The translations under genes were made by a program, and so were the position numbers. A DNA stretch of 61,501 bases from Deltaproteobacteria bacterium (lineage in GTDB: Bacteria > Desulfobacterota > Syntrophobacteria > BM002), in NCBI GenBank assembly GCA_022340745.1, contig JAJDNL010000197.1, forward strand, positions 1 to 61,501, written 5' to 3'. Below, one piece after another: positions 9,713 through 18,750 of this stretch; the first letter of the stretch is position 1; each line of letters begins with the position of its first letter. The notes under the pieces were generated by a model. It had not been told where the DNA came from. It worked only from the letters and a program-made list of their open reading frames with translations, and made no database searches.

Positions 9713-9850
9713 TGCGTCATCCCGGCCAAGTCTCGCAAAGCGGGACGCGAGCCGGGATCCAGTAAAAATAGGACTATATGCAAATTTCGTTGGATTCCGG
9801 ATCTCGCCCGCCTTAGGCGGACTCGTCCGGAATGACGGGTTCGGCGATTC
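9713..9850. repeat. REP-like composite palindrome (CGTCATCCCGG...CCGGGATCCAG / GGATTCCGGA...TCCGGAATGACG)
   Basis: Two internal hairpins are bounded by GTCAT and ATGAC. Relatives occur at 11774, 13752 and 56974. Confidence 0.75.
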
Positions 9851-9883
9851 GCGGCACAGCAATGGCACAAGGGATTTGTGTCG

Positions 9884-11083
9884 TTAGCTCAGGGCTACCC
9901 CTTCTGCTTTTTCTTGCATGGCTTTTAGATAAAGTGGAGACATGTTGCGCAGGGTCTGAACCACCTCTTCCAGCACTTCCAGAAAGCGCTCGATGTCAGA
10001 CTCTGTGGTATCTCGCCCAAAAGTAATGACCAGGGTCCCCTGGGCATCAGCAAAATCACGACCGATGGAGAGCAGCACGTGGGAGGCTTGCAGGGCCCCG
10101 GCGGCACAAGCAGATCTGGTGGAAACGGCGATATTCTCTTCATCCAGCATGAGAACGATACCTTCGCCCTCAATGTACTGAACTGATACCGAAACCAGAT
10201 TGGGCAGGGAGAGTTCCGGATGGCCATTGATAAAGATATTCTTGATGCGACTTTGCAAACCTTCAGTCAACTTTTGCTTGAGCTTTCGCGTATGTTTGAT
10301 CCGAAAGTCCATTTCTCGGGTGGCAAACTCTGCAGCAACACCCATACCGATGATACCGATAAGATTTTCAGTGCCGGCTCGCTTGTTGTTCTCCTGCACG
10401 CCACCATCCAAGAGAGGCCAGATTCTGGTGCCCCGGCGAATATATAGACCTCCAACTCCCGAGGGCCCATAGAACTGGTTGGCGGCAAAGCTGAGTAAAT
10501 TCACTCCCAACTTCTGGACATCTATCGGGACTACACCCACCGAATCTACCGCATCACAGTGGAAGATAACCTTCTTTTCTTGGGTGATACGGCCGATCTC
10601 CTCAATGGGCTGGATGGTTCCGATTTCGTTGTTACTGTGCATTATGGTCACCAGGATGGTGTCCTCCCTGATGGCGTCAGCCACATCACTGGGATTGATC
10701 AGGCCGTATTCATCAACCGGTACAGAGGTGACCTTATAGTCCATCATTTTCAGGGCTCTGAGGGTACGGAGGATGGCATTGTGCTCTATGTTCGAGGTGA
10801 CAATGTGTTTCCCCTTCTCTGCATTGGCAAATGCAACCCCTTTGACTGCATGATTAACGGATTCTGTGCCACTGGAAGTGAAAACAACCTCTTTTAGCAC
10901 CGGGCTGTTAATCAGTCCGGCCACCTGCTCCCTGGCCTGCTGCAAAGCAGCCGCTGCCTCGTCTCCCAACTGATGCTGACTCGATGGATTGCCGTAGTTC
11001 ATCTTAATGGCTTCAATCATGGCCTCCTGCACTTCCGGCAGGAGTGGATTCGCCGCAAGATGATCCAAATTCAAAATACTCAC
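9884..11083 (-). CDS. NifS/IscS-family class V aminotransferase-fold protein lacking the PLP-binding lysine
   Basis: The SSGTES, HSNNEIG and SACAAG (catalytic Cys loop) motifs are conserved. The canonical SFSGHK(I/L)YGPKG reads SFAANQFYGPSG. The start is probably the GTG at 11083 after GAGGAGG (the ORF call is at 11098). Confidence 0.85.
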   Translation of the reverse strand: MSILNLDHLAANPLLPEVQEAMIEAIKMNYGNPSSQHQLGDEAAAALQQAREQVAGLINSPVLKEVVFTSSGTESVNHAVKGVAFANAEKGKHIVTSNIEHNAILRTLRALKMMDYKVTSVPVDEYGLINPSDVADAIREDTILVTIMHSNNEIGTIQPIEEIGRITQEKKVIFHCDAVDSVGVVPIDVQKLGVNLLSFAANQFYGPSGVGGLYIRRGTRIWPLLDGGVQENNKRAGTENLIGIIGMGVAAEFATREMDFRIKHTRKLKQKLTEGLQSRIKNIFINGHPELSLPNLVSVSVQYIEGEGIVLMLDEENIAVSTRSACAAGALQASHVLLSIGRDFADAQGTLVITFGRDTTESDIERFLEVLEEVVQTLRNMSPLYLKAMQEKAEGVALS

Positions 11084-11094
11084 CACAAACCTCC

Positions 11095-11607
11095 TCAATG
11101 AGCCTCGTCTAATTCACGACCACAGTTGACACAGACCGGGGAGTCCTCCTCCGCCTCCATATCACAATAGGGGCAGTAACAGGCGTCGCCATGATGGTGC
11201 TCGTGTTTGTCGCTTCTCTTGGGTCCTTCTCTCACTATGCCTGCCTTCCTGTCCTGATAATCCCTGATGGCCAGTTGCAAGGCATCGGCACCAAGGTTGG
11301 AGCAGTGCAGTTTGTTCTTGGGAAGACCCTCAAGGGCCGCGGCTACCGATTTATTGTTTATTTTCTGGGCCTCACCAATGGTTTTTCCTTTAGCCATTTC
11401 GGTAAGGATGCTGGAAACTGCTATGGCCGCACCACAACCAAAGGTGAGAAAGCTGATATCATCGATGTAGTCATCTTTCACTTTGATGTAGATGGTCATC
11501 ATGTCACCACAAATGGGATTGCCCACTTCTCCCACCCCATCTGCATCCTTCATTTCACCCACGTTTCTCGGGTTCTTGAAGTGATCCATCACTGTTTTTG
11601 AATACAT
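11095..11607 (-). CDS. iscU: IscU/NifU-type Fe-S scaffold with a Cys/His-rich C-terminal extension
   Basis: The three scaffold Cys contexts are present (PICGD, FGCGAAIA, HCSNLG). The tail is HEHHHGDACYCPYC...CVNCG. Confidence 0.9.
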   Translation of the reverse strand: MYSKTVMDHFKNPRNVGEMKDADGVGEVGNPICGDMMTIYIKVKDDYIDDISFLTFGCGAAIAVSSILTEMAKGKTIGEAQKINNKSVAAALEGLPKNKLHCSNLGADALQLAIRDYQDRKAGIVREGPKRSDKHEHHHGDACYCPYCDMEAEEDSPVCVNCGRELDEAH

Positions 11608-11773
11608 ATGAAACCTCCCATCCATAGCTAATACTAGTTATAGATAATCTAAGTAACCATTTGCTCTTGTCAATGGTGGTCCGTTTTCATCACTCAGTCC
11701 GGCCATTCAGTAAGCTGCACTTACAGCCGAGCCACCCCTTGAACACCAAATATCCAGGACGCTATTCTTTTTT

Positions 11774-11823
11774 CTGGATTCTCCGCCGCAGGCGGACTTC
11801 GCGCCTTCCGGAATGACAAGGCC
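11774..11823. repeat. REP-like half element (GGATTCTCCGCCGCAGGCGGA...TCCGGAATGAC)
   Basis: It matches the right halves of the elements at 9791-9850 and 13861-13923. Confidence 0.65.
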
Positions 11824-11856
11824 GTTTTGTATTCTTTAAAGTCTATCGGCACACTA

Positions 11857-12036
11857 GCCCGGATGTTTCATGAATCACCTGTTGCGACCGCGGATTCGGG
11901 CAACCTTCCTGGTGTCCTCGGGTGCCGGGCCCTGCGACGTACCGTTAAGGTACGCCTCGGGACCAACACCCTGCGGTTACCAGGTGGCTCGCCCGTCTTC
12001 GCAGTCTCGCGACAGCAATTCATGAAACATTCGGGC
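11857..12036 (+). ncRNA. Candidate structured ncRNA, 180-nt rod with 6S-RNA-like architecture
   Basis: A closing stem of about 27 bp pairs GCCCGGAUGUUUCAUGAAU..CUGUUGCG with CGCGACAG..AUUCAUGAAACAUUCGGGC. Internal pairings are CCUGGU/ACCAGG and GGGUG/CACCC. The apical hairpin is CGUACC-GUUAA-GGUACG. Two G.U wobbles favour the + strand. There is no convincing ORF and no second copy in the window. Confidence 0.4.
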
Positions 12037-12431
12037 TAAATTTAATATAACACTCGGAAGGAGAAGATAAAAGGATGGTAGTGGAGTGAGAGGCTGATCC
12101 GACGGAAAAAGGGGGATTGCCATTGCCGTCGGGTGAACGCCGCCGAGGCGGAAGCCATCCGACCTACTCAGAAAACTTACATTCGATGATCTCAAACAGG
12201 CTACAAATTTTTTCTTAACGCCCACTTGAAAATATTACATAAGTTCTTAGTTTTTTAGCATAGGACAATATTACACTAGATAGTGTATTTTGCTGATTTG
12301 CTGAAGAAACGACTACGAGAACCAGTCTCACTGGTCGAGTCGTTGCCCCTTAACCAGACGCCTGCTCGAGGGGATATGGCAATGCAAGTCAGAGCTCTGT
12401 TTTCGGCTTGTCAGCAATGAGGTGATGGTAA

Positions 12432-13397
12432 ATGGCAGTTACATTTCAGGACTATTACGAAATCCTTGGCGTTGAGCGGGATGCCAGCGAGAGTGAGATC
12501 AAAAAGGCTTATCGCAAGCTGGCGCGCAAGTACCACCCTGACGTCAACAAGGATAAGGAGGCCGAGGAGAAGTTCAAGCAGGTGAACGAGGCCCACGAGG
12601 TACTGAAAGATCCTGAAAAACGGCAGCGCTACGATCAGCTGGGCCCCGATTGGCAGACAGGCCAGGACTTCAAGCCGCCTCCCGGCTGGGAAAATGTTCA
12701 TTTCGAATTCAGCTCTGGCCCGCAAGCGGAAGCCTTTCATTTTGGCGGCGGCTTCAGTGATTTCTTCGAAACGCTATTCGGTGGCAGCATGGGTGGCGGA
12801 GGCGCTGCGAGGGCAAGACAGGCCTCCTGGGTCATGCGAGGCCAGGACCAGGAAGCCCAGATAGAAATTGGTCTTGAAGACGCCTATCGTGGTGCCACCA
12901 GGACGATTACCCTGCAGGGACACGAAATTGACCCTCAGGGTCAGGTGCGTCCTACGGTGCAAAATATACAGGTGAAGATTCCACCCGGGGTCACCGACGG
13001 AACACGCATCCGGCTGAGCGGCAAGGGCGGCGAGGGTATGGGTGGCGGCACACCGGGAGATCTTTACCTCAGGGTGAACATCGAGCCTCATCCGCGCTAC
13101 AGGGTTGACGGGCATGACCTCCAGCTAGAGGTGAGTATAGCTCCCTGGGAGGCCGCTCTTGGTGGTACGGTGGAGGTAGCGACAATGGACGGCAGCGTAA
13201 ATCTGAAAATTCCTCCCGGAAGCCAAAGTGGACAAAAGCTGCGTTTGCGGGGAAAAGGCCTTCCGAAGAAGGGTGGTCAGCGAGGAGACCTTCTTGCCCG
13301 GCTTAAAATAGCAGTGCCCAAGGATTTGAGTGCGAGGGAAAAAGAACTTTATACAGAATTGGCACAGATATCCAGTTTCGATCCTAGGAAGGAATAG
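12432..13397 (+). CDS. cbpA: Curved-DNA-binding protein CbpA (DnaJ homologue without zinc finger)
   Basis: It has a J domain (DYYEILGV...YHPDVNK), a G-rich linker and no CxxCxGxG repeats. It is followed by cbpM. Confidence 0.9.
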   Translation: MAVTFQDYYEILGVERDASESEIKKAYRKLARKYHPDVNKDKEAEEKFKQVNEAHEVLKDPEKRQRYDQLGPDWQTGQDFKPPPGWENVHFEFSSGPQAEAFHFGGGFSDFFETLFGGSMGGGGAARARQASWVMRGQDQEAQIEIGLEDAYRGATRTITLQGHEIDPQGQVRPTVQNIQVKIPPGVTDGTRIRLSGKGGEGMGGGTPGDLYLRVNIEPHPRYRVDGHDLQLEVSIAPWEAALGGTVEVATMDGSVNLKIPPGSQSGQKLRLRGKGLPKKGGQRGDLLARLKIAVPKDLSAREKELYTELAQISSFDPRKE

Positions 13398-13408
13398 GGA
13401 GAGCACTA

Positions 13409-13735
13409 ATGGGTACCAGTCGATATCAGATTGTTCACTACAGATATGAAAGCCGGTCTGAATCGGAAAATCTGGTTACAACGGGGGAGTTAGCAAGACT
13501 GGCACGGCTGCACCCGGAGATGGTGGACAAATTGGTGGACTGGGGACTCATAGATCCGGTGAAATGGAAACCCAAATTATTGTTTCCCGAGACTGCAGTG
13601 CCCAGGATCTGGCGAATTATGCGCCTTCGCCGGGATCTGGGTATCAACTGGTCAGGCATTGGTGTCGTTTTGGATTTGCTTGACAAAATTGAAGAGTTAG
13701 AGCGAGAAATCGCCTGGCTTCGCAAGAAAATATAA
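13409..13735 (+). CDS. cbpM: Chaperone modulatory protein CbpM (MerR-like)
   Basis: It aligns by eye to E. coli CbpM (TGELARLARL..GLIDP; RLRRDLGINWSGIGVVLDLLDKIEELERE). Confidence 0.8.
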   Translation: MGTSRYQIVHYRYESRSESENLVTTGELARLARLHPEMVDKLVDWGLIDPVKWKPKLLFPETAVPRIWRIMRLRRDLGINWSGIGVVLDLLDKIEELEREIAWLRKKI

Positions 13736-13751
13736 GCGTCGGAGACCGTGT

Positions 13752-13923
13752 GGCGATTCGTCATCCCGGCCACGTCCGCCTAAGGCAGACGCGAGCCGGG
13801 ATCCAGACAACGTCCCCGCGAAGGCGGGGAACCAGACACCAAATGAAGTCATTGAACTTTCACTGGATTCCGGATCTCGCGCAGCAAAGCTGAACTCGTC
13901 CGGAATGACGGGTTAGGCGAATT
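13752..13923. repeat. REP-like composite palindrome between cbpM and clpB
   Basis: It comprises CGTCATCCCGGCC..GCCGGGATCCAG, then CCCCGCGAAGGCGGGGAACCAG, then GGATTCCGGA..TCCGGAATGACG. Confidence 0.75.
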
Positions 13924-13982
13924 GTGACATGGTCTCCGAGGGGAGAGGAAATAAGACTCACGGAAGGGGGGATACTCATTCA

Positions 13983-16628
13983 ATGGATTTCAACAAAATG
14001 ACGCAAAAAACACAAGAAGCGCTGCATCAGGCGCAAAGCACCGCGCTGCGCTATGGGCATCAGGAGGTTGACGGTGAACATCTGCTGCTGGCCTTGCTGG
14101 AGCAGGCCGAGGGTCTGGTGCCTCGTCTGTTGAGCAAGATGGATGTGCCGGTAGAAAACCTCAGAGCTGAGGTGGAAGCAGAACTGCAGAAACGACCCAG
14201 CATCTCAGGACCAGGGACCGAAGCAGGAAAGATCTATGTGACCCAGCGACTCAACCGCATTCTGATAAAAGCGGAAGAGGAGGCCAAAAGGCTAAAAGAC
14301 GAGTATGTTTCAGTAGAACACCTTGCTCTGGCACTGATGGATGAGGGGACGGCCACAGAGGCAGGGCGCATCTTTAAGAATTTCAACATCAGCCGCGATC
14401 GTTTCCTGCAGGCGCTCACTGAAGTGAGAGGCCATCAGCGGGTGACCAGCTCCACGCCGGAGTCCACCTATGAGGCCCTGGAACGCTACGGACGCGATCT
14501 GGTACAGGAGGCCCGGAAAGGGCGGCTTGATCCGGTGATCGGCCGGGACAGTGAGATAAGGCGTGTTGTGCGCATACTCTCGCGAAAGACCAAGAACAAC
14601 CCGGTACTCATCGGGGAGCCCGGGGTGGGCAAGACCGCTATCGTTGAAGGACTGGCCCATAGGATAGTCAAAGGCGATGTGCCTGAAGGGCTCAAGGATA
14701 AGACTGTCTTTGCCCTGGATTTGGGTGCCTTGGTGGCAGGGGCCAAATATCGCGGTGAATTTGAAGAGCGACTCAAGGCAGTGTTGCAGGAAATCAAAGA
14801 GAGCGAAGGCTCCATTTTGCTTTTCATTGATGAACTGCACAACATAGTCGGGGCGGGCCGGGCGGAAGGCTCTATGGATGCAGGAAACATGCTGAAGCCC
14901 ATGTTGGCCCGGGGAGAGTTGCACTGTGTTGGCGCCACCACTCTGGATGAGTATCGCAAACACATAGAAAAAGACGCTGCCCTGGAACGTCGCTTTCAGC
15001 CGGTGGTGGTGGATCAGCCCACAGTGGAAGACACCATAAGCATTCTGCGGGGACTGAAAGAGCGCTATGAGGTCCATCACGGGGTCAGGATCCAGGACAG
15101 TGCGCTGGTGACTGCGGCGGTCCTATCCAACCGCTACATCAGCGACCGCTTTTTGCCAGACAAGGCCATCGATCTGGTGGACGAGGCCTGTGCCACCATT
15201 CGTACAGAGATGGATTCCATGCCCACCGAACTGGATGTGGTGACCAGGCGGGTGATGCAGCTGGAGATCGAAGAGGCGGCCCTGAAAAAAGAAAAAGATA
15301 AGGGCAGCAAGGACCGGCTGGAAACCTTGCGCAAGGAATTGGCCGAACAGCGGACCAGGGCTGATTCCATGCGGGCCCAGTGGGAGGCGGAAAAGGGTGC
15401 TATTCACAAGGTTCAAGCTCTGCGCGAAGAGATCGAGAAGCTCAGGTACGATATCTCCGTGGCCGAGCGCAATTATGATCTCAATCGAGCAGCAGAACTC
15501 AAACACGGCACCTTGCCGCAGCTGGAAGAAAGACTCAAAGCTGAAGAGGAAATGCTGGCAAGCAAAGAGGGAACAGGCAGGCTGCTGCGTGAAGAGGTCA
15601 CAGATGACGAGATTGCGGGAATCGTCTCCCGCTGGACTCACATACCGGTTACCAGGCTGGTTGAGGGAGAACGGGAGAAGCTGCTGAAGCTCGAAGATCA
15701 CCTGCACCGAAGGGTGGTAGGACAGGACGAAGCGGTCAAGGCAGTGGCTGAGGCGGTAATCCGCTCTCGCGCCGGAATCAAAGATCCAAACCGTCCGGTT
15801 GGCTCCTTCATATTCCTCGGGCCCACCGGAGTGGGAAAGACGGAGCTTGCCCGGGCCCTGGCGGAAAATCTCTTCGATGATGAAAAGAACATGGTGCGGA
15901 TCGACATGAGCGAGTACATGGAAAAACACACTGTGGCCCGTCTTATCGGGGCGCCGCCGGGGTACGTGGGTTATGAGGAAGGTGGTCAGCTTACTGAAGC
16001 GGTGCGACGGAAACCTTTTTCGGTCATTCTCTTTGACGAGATAGAAAAGGCCCATCACGATGTATTTAGCATCTTCCTGCAGATCATGGATGATGGTCGC
16101 CTCACCGATTCCCACGGTCGCACCGTGGATTTCAAGAATTGCATCATCATCATGACCTCTAACGTGGGCAGTCAATATATTTTGGACACCACTGATACGG
16201 ACGAAGCAAGTTACCAACGTATGAAGGAGCGGGTGCTTGAGGCCTTGCGCCAGCACTTCCGCCCTGAGTTTCTCAACCGGGTGGACGAGACCCTGGTTTT
16301 CCACGCTCTCAGCCAAGAGGAGTTGGCCCAGATTGTTGATATCCAGGTGTCCTGGCTCCAACGACGCCTTGAGGATCGGCGGATTGAGTTGGAGGTTAGC
16401 GATGAGGCCAAGAATTTGCTGGCGGAGCGAGGCTACGATCCGGTTTATGGTGCTCGTCCATTGAAGAGGGTGATTCAAAAAATGGTGGAAACACCATTGG
16501 CCACAAAGATCATGGCCGGCGAGGTGCCTGATGGCAGTCGTCTGCATCTGAGCGCAGATGAACAAGGGATTGTCTTCAAAGTGACGCCGCCGGGGGAAAA
16601 GGGTGAGGCAGTTATGGAGGCAGTCTAG
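13983..16628 (+). CDS. clpB: ATP-dependent chaperone ClpB
   Basis: It has two AAA+ modules ([16 protein letters not shown]), a coiled-coil middle domain and a Clp N domain. The start is set at MDFNKMTQ. Confidence 0.97.
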   Translation: MDFNKMTQKTQEALHQAQSTALRYGHQEVDGEHLLLALLEQAEGLVPRLLSKMDVPVENLRAEVEAELQKRPSISGPGTEAGKIYVTQRLNRILIKAEEEAKRLKDEYVSVEHLALALMDEGTATEAGRIFKNFNISRDRFLQALTEVRGHQRVTSSTPESTYEALERYGRDLVQEARKGRLDPVIGRDSEIRRVVRILSRKTKNNPVLIGEPGVGKTAIVEGLAHRIVKGDVPEGLKDKTVFALDLGALVAGAKYRGEFEERLKAVLQEIKESEGSILLFIDELHNIVGAGRAEGSMDAGNMLKPMLARGELHCVGATTLDEYRKHIEKDAALERRFQPVVVDQPTVEDTISILRGLKERYEVHHGVRIQDSALVTAAVLSNRYISDRFLPDKAIDLVDEACATIRTEMDSMPTELDVVTRRVMQLEIEEAALKKEKDKGSKDRLETLRKELAEQRTRADSMRAQWEAEKGAIHKVQALREEIEKLRYDISVAERNYDLNRAAELKHGTLPQLEERLKAEEEMLASKEGTGRLLREEVTDDEIAGIVSRWTHIPVTRLVEGEREKLLKLEDHLHRRVVGQDEAVKAVAEAVIRSRAGIKDPNRPVGSFIFLGPTGVGKTELARALAENLFDDEKNMVRIDMSEYMEKHTVARLIGAPPGYVGYEEGGQLTEAVRRKPFSVILFDEIEKAHHDVFSIFLQIMDDGRLTDSHGRTVDFKNCIIIMTSNVGSQYILDTTDTDEASYQRMKERVLEALRQHFRPEFLNRVDETLVFHALSQEELAQIVDIQVSWLQRRLEDRRIELEVSDEAKNLLAERGYDPVYGARPLKRVIQKMVETPLATKIMAGEVPDGSRLHLSADEQGIVFKVTPPGEKGEAVMEAV

Positions 16629-16630
16629 TC

Positions 16631-16700
16631 CAGCAGGCAGCTGACGGCAAGCAGCTGGCAGTATAACTTTGCTGCCCGCTGCCTGTTGCAAGCTGCCAGC
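16631..16700. repeat. Stutter hairpin of the CAGCWGG family between convergent clpB and a small ORF (possible bidirectional terminator)
   Basis: CAGCAGGCAGCTGACGGCAAGCAGCTGGCAG is followed by a loop and then CTGCCCGCTGCCTGTTGCAAGCTGCCAGC. Confidence 0.6.
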
Positions 16701-16736
16701 TTAGTGGGTTCGCAGTGCGACTAGCTGTTGATTTGT

Positions 16737-16982
16737 TTAGGTACCTTCCTTCTTCAGTTCATCAATGGCAGTTTGATAGAGATTTCGTAGCTTATTCTCG
16801 TTACTTACCATGGTGCGGGTGATTTTACCGAAGTGGGCCTTTAGAATTTCGCTGGCCTCGTTCCAGGTCCCCCGCAATGGGGCGAGGTCAGTTTTCGCCT
16901 CCTGAAGCTTTTTCTTGAACAGATCGATCATCATTCTGTCCTTCATCTCGCCCACATCAGTGATCCCGTCCGTTTTTTCCAT
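16737..16982 (-). CDS. Hypothetical small helical protein (81 aa)
   Basis: It has a strong RBS (AAAGGGAG) and a charged, helical-looking sequence. No motif was recognised. Confidence 0.5.
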   Translation of the reverse strand: MEKTDGITDVGEMKDRMMIDLFKKKLQEAKTDLAPLRGTWNEASEILKAHFGKITRTMVSNENKLRNLYQTAIDELKKEGT

Positions 16983-17212
16983 GACAAAACTCCCTTTCTC
17001 TCATATTCAGCAAACAGTGGAGCCTTCAACTGCCAGTTTCACAAAATGTCCTGGTCCAGGGTGTTTATATGCATGATTTGGAAACAGTAGTTTATTAACA
17101 CAAAATTGTGATAAAATGAACGTACTTGATTTTGCTGATGTTACCGCATCTTGCGGAAAATGTAAAAGACTTTTGTAAGTAACTTCTTGGTTGACCAGGA
17201 GCCAGAGATTAG

Positions 17213-17354
17213 AATGCGGATTGCGGATTGCGGATTTGAGAAAAATTGAAGTACAGAGAAAAACGACTCGGGGACGTGGGGACGCGGCGAAGTAATCGGT
17301 AAGCAGTGGACGATCAAAGAGCCGACTAAACTGCTTACTGCTCACCGCTCACTG
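17213..17354. repeat. Heptamer stutter tract: (GCGGATT)3, (GGGGACG)n, and hairpin GTAAGCAG/CTGCTTAC
   Basis: Read directly. The modules recur at 18781, 52885, 55644 and 37683. Confidence 0.7.
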
Positions 17355-17382
17355 TTTACCAAAATAACTTTGGGCATTTACA

Positions 17383-18213
17383 ATGACCGGCTACTTTTTA
17401 TCCATGAATCATCTGATTACTCTGGAGGAGAACCTACCCAATCTGGCTCCTGTCGATGATCCAGAAGTAGCTCGAATGATCCGCTCTGCGCGGGGGGTGG
17501 TCATGCCCCGGGGTGCAACTGAAAAACGTTATCGGAAGATTGCTGCCCTGGCGCCAAACCGCTTTCCCAATCTAGACTCCCGCTACAAGTATCCAGGAAA
17601 GACCAAGCAGGCTATGCTCTTTCGGTGTCTCAATGTCCGCCACCCGAAAACCATTGTCTATCCGAGTCCTCAGAGCGTTGCCGAAGCTGAGGCAACGACC
17701 CTCCCCCTGGACTATCCCTTTGTGCTCAAAGGAGATGTGGGTGGTGGTGGCAGTGCAGTTTTTCCAGTCACCAGCCGCAACGATCTGCTGAATGGTCTTA
17801 CTCGTCTCCCGGCAGAAGCGCCACTTCTGTTACAACAGTGGGTGGAACATGGCGGCATGGATCTCCGGGTGGTTGTGGTGGGTGCGAAAATGGTAAGCTA
17901 TTTTCGAGTAGGGGGAGGCAACTTCTATAACAATGCCTGTCGCGGTGGGCGTATCCGCCCAGAAATCTTCCCTGAGTTGCAGTATTCCGGTCTGGCTGCA
18001 GTTGCCAAATTTTGCCATCTCAGCGGCATAAACCTTGCCGGTTTCGATCTGATGTTCCCTGATGACGGTCCACCGGTCTTCATTGAGATAAATTACAATT
18101 TCGGCCGCAAGGGATTGGGTGGCACACCCGGGTTCCGCCGAGTTTTCCAGGAAGCCGTGGGGTTGTGGCAACAGGGAATGGCGTACCCAACACCGATCCT
18201 CTCCCAGATTTAG
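17383..18213 (+). CDS. ATP-grasp domain protein (RimK-like ligase)
   Basis: It has a Gly-rich loop (KGDVGGGGSAVF), LLLQQWVE, DLRVVVVG and a C-terminal FIEINYNFG segment. Confidence 0.7.
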   Translation: MTGYFLSMNHLITLEENLPNLAPVDDPEVARMIRSARGVVMPRGATEKRYRKIAALAPNRFPNLDSRYKYPGKTKQAMLFRCLNVRHPKTIVYPSPQSVAEAEATTLPLDYPFVLKGDVGGGGSAVFPVTSRNDLLNGLTRLPAEAPLLLQQWVEHGGMDLRVVVVGAKMVSYFRVGGGNFYNNACRGGRIRPEIFPELQYSGLAAVAKFCHLSGINLAGFDLMFPDDGPPVFIEINYNFGRKGLGGTPGFRRVFQEAVGLWQQGMAYPTPILSQI

Positions 18214-18256
18214 GCCGGATTATTCATAAAATCACTTCGCGTTCATGAATAATCCG

Positions 18257-18398
18257 CCCTCCGGGCCCCTCGCCTTCGCTCAGGGTCCTGAGCCTGTCGA
18301 AGGACTTCGACTCCGGCCTTTGCAGGCCTTGGCTCAGGGCTAACCTTGAGCGGGTGCGAAGCACCCTGTCGAAACCCGCAACAAAGATCTTCAATTCG
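18257..18398. repeat. REP-like element of the TTCGCTCAGGG...GAGCCTGTCGAA type, flanked by two local hairpins (18217-18255, 18399-18437)
   Basis: It shares CTTCGCTCAGGGT..TGAGCCTGTCGAA with 57046-57110. Confidence 0.65.
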
Positions 18399-18479
18399 TT
18401 GCGGGTGCTTATTCACAAATCTAAAAGATTTGTGAATAATGCAGGTTAGGCAAGAATGCCCTCAGGCAGCAACCGCAAC

Positions 18480-18680
18480 TCAGCACGTTGTACACATAGG
18501 GCGACTTGGACTTGCTGGCAGCTTGCTGGTTCCATTGTCAGGAGTTCCGACTGCGAAGGTGGACATGAGTTTCTTAACATCTCCCTGGCAGAGCGGACAG
18601 TTCACGTTGGTCTCCTGCTGCATCACCAGCTTGTCAAAGGTATATTTGCACTTATCACAGTTATATTCGAAGATTGGCAT
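18480..18680 (-). CDS. FmdB-family zinc-ribbon protein
   Basis: It has MPIFEYNCDKC...CPLCQG, the typical CxxC_CxxC_SSSS N-terminus. Confidence 0.8.
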   Translation of the reverse strand: MPIFEYNCDKCKYTFDKLVMQQETNVNCPLCQGDVKKLMSTFAVGTPDNGTSKLPASPSRPMCTTC

Positions 18681-18750
18681 AAATTACCCCCTGTTTGCTA
18701 GGAATTTGTAGTAAATATAATAATTGAAATTGATGAATTCAAGGGCCTAG

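Noticed and set aside
12225-12231. Sigma-32 heat-shock promoter upstream of cbpA (CTTGAAA)
   Set aside because: No CCCCAT-like -10 element lies at the required 13-17 bp spacing.
15123-16691. 522-aa ORF on the reverse strand
   Set aside because: It lies entirely antisense to clpB, whose product has unmistakable AAA+ motifs. The antisense product is low-complexity, as is typical of a shadow ORF in GC-rich coding DNA. The same reasoning applies to 14310-15080 and 14486-14965.
17383-18680. Graspetide/RiPP cluster (ATP-grasp plus small Cys-containing peptide)
   Set aside because: The small gene is a typical FmdB zinc-ribbon protein, is convergently oriented, and has no leader/core organisation or Thr/Ser-Asp/Glu-rich core. 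It is retained only as a low-interest note.
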